From: Eubacteriales bacterium | Lineage (GTDB): Bacteria > Bacillota > Clostridia > Oscillospirales > CAG-272 | DNA: 64,000 bases | NCBI GenBank assembly: GCA_045655185.1 | Contig: JAZOOS010000012.1 | Location: 87,396 to 151,395 of the forward strand | Reading direction: 5' to 3' | Part shown: positions 59,867-64,000 of the stretch, one piece after another | How the letters are laid out: each line of letters opens with the position of its first letter | Numbering within the stretch: the stretch's first letter is position 1 | Position numbers and translations under genes: made by a program | Notes under the pieces: generated by a model | Told to the model about the DNA's origin: nothing | What the model saw: only the letters and a program-made list of their open reading frames with translations | Databases searched by the model: none

Positions 59867-61318
59867 TTAGATGGAATACTGGCTGGCAGCGGTGTTACCG
59901 CCCTTACCGGTCCAGTTGGTGTGGAAGAACTGACCGCGCTCGGCGTCAACTCTTTCGTAGGTGTGGGCGCCGAAGTAGTCGCGCTGGGCCTGCAGAAGGT
60001 TAGCGGGCAGACGCTCGGCACGGTAGCCGTCGAAGTAGCAAAGGGCCGAGTTCATAGCGGGCATCGGGATGCCGTTCTCGATCGCGGCGGCGCAAACGCG
60101 TCTCCAACCGGCCTGGGCCTTTTCCATAACGCCCTTGAAGAAGGGGTCAAGCAGAAGGTTCGAAAGCTCGGGGTTCTTATCAAAGGCTTCCTTGATCTTG
60201 CCAAGGAATACGCTGCGGATGATGCAGCCGCCACGCCACATAAGGGCGATGCCGCCGTAGTTGAGGTTCCAGCCGTAGGTCTTGGCGGCCGAACGCATCA
60301 GGGTGTAGCCCTGGGCGTAGGAAACGATCTTCGCGGCAAACAGGGCGTCCTTAATATCGTTGATGAAGGCAGCCTTGTCGCCCTTGAATTCGGGCTTCGG
60401 GCCGGAAAGGACCTTGGAGGCTTCGACGCGCTCGGCCTTCATGGCGCTGAGGCATCTGGCAAATACGGCTTCGCCGATGAGGGTAAGCGGAACGCCCTCG
60501 TCAAGCGCGGCGATACCGGTCCACTTACCGGTACCCTTCTGGCCGGCGGTGTCAAGGATCTTCTCAACCAGAGGCGAGCCATCCTCGTCCTTGTAAGCCA
60601 GGATATCCTTTGTGATCTCGATCAGGTAGCTGTCAAGCTCCTTGGTGTTCCAATCAGCAAAGACCTCGTGCATCTCGTCGGCCGAAAGACCAAGCAGATC
60701 GCGCATCAGGTGATAGGCTTCGCAGATCATCTGCATATCGCCGTATTCGATACCGTTGTGAACCATCTTAACGAAGTGGCCGGCGCCGTTCTCGCCAACC
60801 CAGTCACAGCAGGGGGCACCGTCTTCAACCTTGGCGCAGATGGCCTGCAGGATCGGCTTAACGGTGGGCCAAGCGGCAGGCGAGCCGCCGGGCATCAGGC
60901 TGGGGCCGTTCAGGGCGCCCTCTTCGCCGCCCGAAACACCGGTACCGATATAAAGCTTGCCGCAGCTTTCGACGTAAGCGGTTCTCCTTGCGGTGTCGGG
61001 GAAGTGCGAGTTACCGCCGTCGATGATGATATCACCGTCCTCGAGCAGGGGCAGAAGCTTTTCGATCATGTCGTCAACGGCAGCGCCGGCCTTGACCATC
61101 ATCATGACCTTACGGGGCTTGGCAAGGCTGTCAACCAGCTCTTCCAGCGAATAGGCACCAACGATGTTCTTACCCTTGGCGCGACCTTCCACGAAGTTTT
61201 TGACCTTTTCGGTGGTACGGTTGTAAACCGATACGGTAAAGCCCTTGCTTTCCATATTGATTACGAGGTTTTCACCCATAACCGCAAGACCGATCAGACC
61301 GATGTCAGACTTTTTCAT
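59867..61318 (-). CDS. gndA: NADP-dependent 6-phosphogluconate dehydrogenase
   Basis: GLAVMGENL, YNRT, GVSGGEEGA, VKMVHNGIEYGDMQ, QAQRDYFGAH. Confidence 0.97.
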   Translation of the reverse strand: MKKSDIGLIGLAVMGENLVINMESKGFTVSVYNRTTEKVKNFVEGRAKGKNIVGAYSLEELVDSLAKPRKVMMMVKAGAAVDDMIEKLLPLLEDGDIIIDGGNSHFPDTARRTAYVESCGKLYIGTGVSGGEEGALNGPSLMPGGSPAAWPTVKPILQAICAKVEDGAPCCDWVGENGAGHFVKMVHNGIEYGDMQMICEAYHLMRDLLGLSADEMHEVFADWNTKELDSYLIEITKDILAYKDEDGSPLVEKILDTAGQKGTGKWTGIAALDEGVPLTLIGEAVFARCLSAMKAERVEASKVLSGPKPEFKGDKAAFINDIKDALFAAKIVSYAQGYTLMRSAAKTYGWNLNYGGIALMWRGGCIIRSVFLGKIKEAFDKNPELSNLLLDPFFKGVMEKAQAGWRRVCAAAIENGIPMPAMNSALCYFDGYRAERLPANLLQAQRDYFGAHTYERVDAERGQFFHTNWTGKGGNTAASQYSI

Positions 61319-62181
61319 TTGCAAGTACCTTCTTTCTTTGTTTTATAATATTTTTTTAAATTTTCAAGAACCGAGTAGGGGATCTGCATATTCCCAAGCC
61401 CGTGACCGATGGCGATATGGGGCTTCATGGCGGCGTGAAAATCGGTGCCACCCGAGATTTGCAGGTCAAGCTCTTTGGCCATTTTGCGGAACTTTTCGGC
61501 CATTTCATCGGTGTATTCGGTGTAATAGCCCTCCAGCCCGTCAAGACCCGCTTCCTTTAATTCCTTGAGATAGGCAAACAAAGCTTCATCCGAAAGACGG
61601 ATGAGGTGCGGATGCGCGACGAAGGCGATACCGCCCGCGCGGTGAATAAGATCGATCGCCTCTTTATCAGTGATCGCCTGCCGACCCGAGTACGCAGGTC
61701 GCCCGTTGCTGAGATATTTATCAAAGGCTTCCTTTACACTGCCGACGAGCCCCTTGTTAAAAAGCAGCCTTGCGAAATGCGCGCGGCAAATGATATCGCC
61801 GCCGGCTACCTCGCGGGCCTCCTCCATCGTAACGGGGAAGCCAAGCTCGTTAAGCTTTCGACAGTTATCCTCGGCGCGAAGCGTGCGAACCTCGCGAATT
61901 TTCTTCATCGCTTCCTTGATCGCCTCGGAATCGACGTCGATAAAATAACCGAGAATATGCGTTTCGGTGTCGGACTGTACCGAAAGCTCAATGGCGGGAA
62001 TAACCTCAACACCGCACTTCTGCCCTTCCGCTACGGCTTCCTTGACCCCGTCTACGCCGTCATGGTCGGAAAGGGCAATGGCCGCAATGCCTTGCTCCTT
62101 TGCGTGACGCACGAGCTCACAGGGGGTCATCGAGCCGTCCGAGTAGCGGGAGTGGGTGTGCAGGTCGATGATCTTTTCCAT
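61315..62181 (-). CDS. PHP-domain phosphoesterase
   Basis: DLHTHSRYSDG, SDHD, HILGY, AHP, GGTDFH. Confidence 0.9.
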   Translation of the reverse strand: MEKIIDLHTHSRYSDGSMTPCELVRHAKEQGIAAIALSDHDGVDGVKEAVAEGQKCGVEVIPAIELSVQSDTETHILGYFIDVDSEAIKEAMKKIREVRTLRAEDNCRKLNELGFPVTMEEAREVAGGDIICRAHFARLLFNKGLVGSVKEAFDKYLSNGRPAYSGRQAITDKEAIDLIHRAGGIAFVAHPHLIRLSDEALFAYLKELKEAGLDGLEGYYTEYTDEMAEKFRKMAKELDLQISGGTDFHAAMKPHIAIGHGLGNMQIPYSVLENLKKYYKTKKEGTCK

Positions 62182-62182
62182 A

Positions 62183-63427
62183 TCAGTCCCTCGTCCAAAG
62201 ACCGAGAGCGGGGTTACTGATATAGAAGATCTCCTCTCCGTCGATCGTGTGGAACCCGTCGGTCAAAACGGCGGGATCGTATTTCTTGGCGGCTTCGGCA
62301 TAGGGAATATACTTGAAGGCAGCGCCCTTTACCTCTTCTTCGTTAAGAAGCTCGGTGCAATAGGTGATCGAGAAGCGCCCGTCAGACGAGCCGTGGATGA
62401 GGTGCGCGGCAACCGACATGTTCTCTTGCAGATCTTCGTTTTCCTTCACCAGCTCAAGAACTCTTTCACGGCCGACGTAGCCGTACTTACGGATCAGACG
62501 GTCGTTTTCCGCGTCCTCACCGAACATCTTGACCCCGGGGGCCAGAATGATCAGCTCGCCGCCGTCGGCAATCGCCATACGGGTGCGGTACACCGCCTTG
62601 TTTCCAAGCCAGGTGCTTTTGAATTCGCGCGGGTCAAGGTAAACAACGACCTTCTTGAGCGGCTTTTCCATGTGGTTGAGGTTCTTCTCTTGGCTCTGCT
62701 CGACCGCCATTTCGAAAAGCTCTCTCTGGTTGCCGATATAAATGCCGTGCAGGTTGGTCTCATCCCCCGAGTTGGTGGTAACCGTCAAAACGTACATCAG
62801 CGGTACCTTCGAAAGGAAATTCTCCTGCGCGTAGTCGAATACGCGACGAACGGGGGAGAAGTCCTTACCCATAATACGCTCCATTCCGTAGAAGGCGCCC
62901 AGCATATGGCTGCTGTTGATCATGCTGCTGCCGCCGCAGCCAACAAAGATATTCTTCGAATAGTTGGCCATACCGACAACCTCATGCGGGACGACCTGCC
63001 CCGCCGAGATGATCAGATCGTACGAGGGATCCATAATGCGGCGATTGACCTCGACCTCGATCGTTTGATCGACCAGCCCCTCGGAAACCTCGCGAACGAA
63101 CGAGGCGGGAACCTCGCCGATCTTCATAACGTCGGTGCGCCAGTTGTGCACTAAGATCTTTTCAAAGGGAACCTTTCCAAGGAAGAAGATATCGCATTCC
63201 TCCTTCGTCATCGGTACGTGGGTACCGAGGGCGGGCATAACGTCCACCTCGGCGGTGTCCTTTAACATTTCATAATAGTAAGCGGTGATCTTTCCGGCAC
63301 CCGAATACATACGGGTGTAGTCGGGGGGCAGAAGGAGAACCTTTTTCGGGTTCTTTCCCTCCAGCGATTTTGCAAGGATCTCTTTAAGCTCGTCATCCTT
63401 GATCACGCTTTGGCTTTTTACGAACAT
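62183..63427 (-). CDS. LarA-family (nickel-pincer) racemase/epimerase, probable sugar-acid 2-epimerase
   Basis: PPDYTR, ALGTH, VVPHEVVG, SKNIFVG, SHMLG, IILAPG motifs. Confidence 0.8.
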   Translation of the reverse strand: MFVKSQSVIKDDELKEILAKSLEGKNPKKVLLLPPDYTRMYSGAGKITAYYYEMLKDTAEVDVMPALGTHVPMTKEECDIFFLGKVPFEKILVHNWRTDVMKIGEVPASFVREVSEGLVDQTIEVEVNRRIMDPSYDLIISAGQVVPHEVVGMANYSKNIFVGCGGSSMINSSHMLGAFYGMERIMGKDFSPVRRVFDYAQENFLSKVPLMYVLTVTTNSGDETNLHGIYIGNQRELFEMAVEQSQEKNLNHMEKPLKKVVVYLDPREFKSTWLGNKAVYRTRMAIADGGELIILAPGVKMFGEDAENDRLIRKYGYVGRERVLELVKENEDLQENMSVAAHLIHGSSDGRFSITYCTELLNEEEVKGAAFKYIPYAEAAKKYDPAVLTDGFHTIDGEEIFYISNPALGLWTRD

Positions 63428-63741
63428 AACTTGTCCTGCTTTCCGGGGGATGAAACCCCTAATATTACAATATATAGTATAACAAAAGATTATAAAATTT
63501 GCAAGGAAAATTAGCAGAGGTGGCAAAATAATGAAGAAAAAATATCCGCAAGAGCAATATTTGCAATATAACGTCCCGTATCATAGCGTGTTTTGCTGTC
63601 ACAGAACGCAAAAACCACCCGAAAAGAAGAAACTTTGTCGGGTGGTTAAGGAATAGGCGGGGAAATTAAATATGCAAACTAAAAGCGAATGAAAAAAGGA
63701 AATGTAGCATAAACCTTTGCTCATTAATTTGCATATAGGAA

Positions 63742-64000
63742 TTATTTTATAACGAGTTTGTATTTTTGCCCATCAACGGTGAACTCCAGAAACAAAGGAG
63801 CAGAGCTCTCATCGATTTCTTCGGGGCATTCGATAAGCCATTTTATTCCTTTCGTTTCCAAAAGATCTATGCTGGTGATATTTGCGCTTCCGCGGCTCTG
63901 ACAGCCATTTAGGCTTTGCTTCCGAAAACATAGTTGAAACACGCGCTCATTCTCATTCGCTTTGTTTCGCCTTGTTTTCGTGACTCCTCGGGCAAAAACG
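63742..64000 (-). CDS. 3' end of an unidentified gene or gene remnant at the window edge
   Basis: Frame is open to the edge and ends ANITSIDLLETKGIKWLIECPEEIDESSAPLFLEFTVDGQKYKLVIK; the upstream part looks less coding-like. Confidence 0.35.
   Translation of the reverse strand, partial: VFARGVTKTRRNKANENERVFQLCFRKQSLNGCQSRGSANITSIDLLETKGIKWLIECPEEIDESSAPLFLEFTVDGQKYKLVIK

Overview
A 64-kb stretch of core chromosome from a moderately GC-rich Bacillota (Clostridia-like) bacterium; the taxon is inferred from gene content and order. It runs from the 3' part of rpoC through rpsL-rpsG-fusA-tuf. Further along are asnS-asnA-rsmA, ylxM-ffh-rpsP-khpA, rpsT, malQ, rpsF-ssb-rpsR, ispE, plsY...tsaE-tsaB-rpiB, murA, yajC, a PyrR-attenuated uracil permease, rpiR-baiN-cmk-plsC-ispH/rpsA, gltX, a sensor kinase-dinB pair, mntP, trmO, a glycine-riboswitch-controlled YadS/TRIC gene and a LarA-family/PHP/gnd/PfkB sugar-acid operon. 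Two tRNA genes are present: Thr-CGT and Ser-CGA. Accessory content: a CBM9-like lipoprotein; three tandem ~720-aa mosaic paralogous lipoproteins of unknown function; a Cys/His-repeat plus BspA-LRR lipoprotein; and a small AT-rich lipoprotein. The most unusual item is an ~810-bp modular A-B-B-A array of covarying hairpin units directly behind the tRNA-Ser terminator. Each unit ends in an antisense mimic of a tRNA 3' end and starts just past the loop of a broken terminator. A smaller hairpin micro-array sits behind tRNA-Thr. No integrase, transposase, cas gene or CRISPR array was seen. All calls come from reading the sequence and ORF translations; no searches or folding programs were run.
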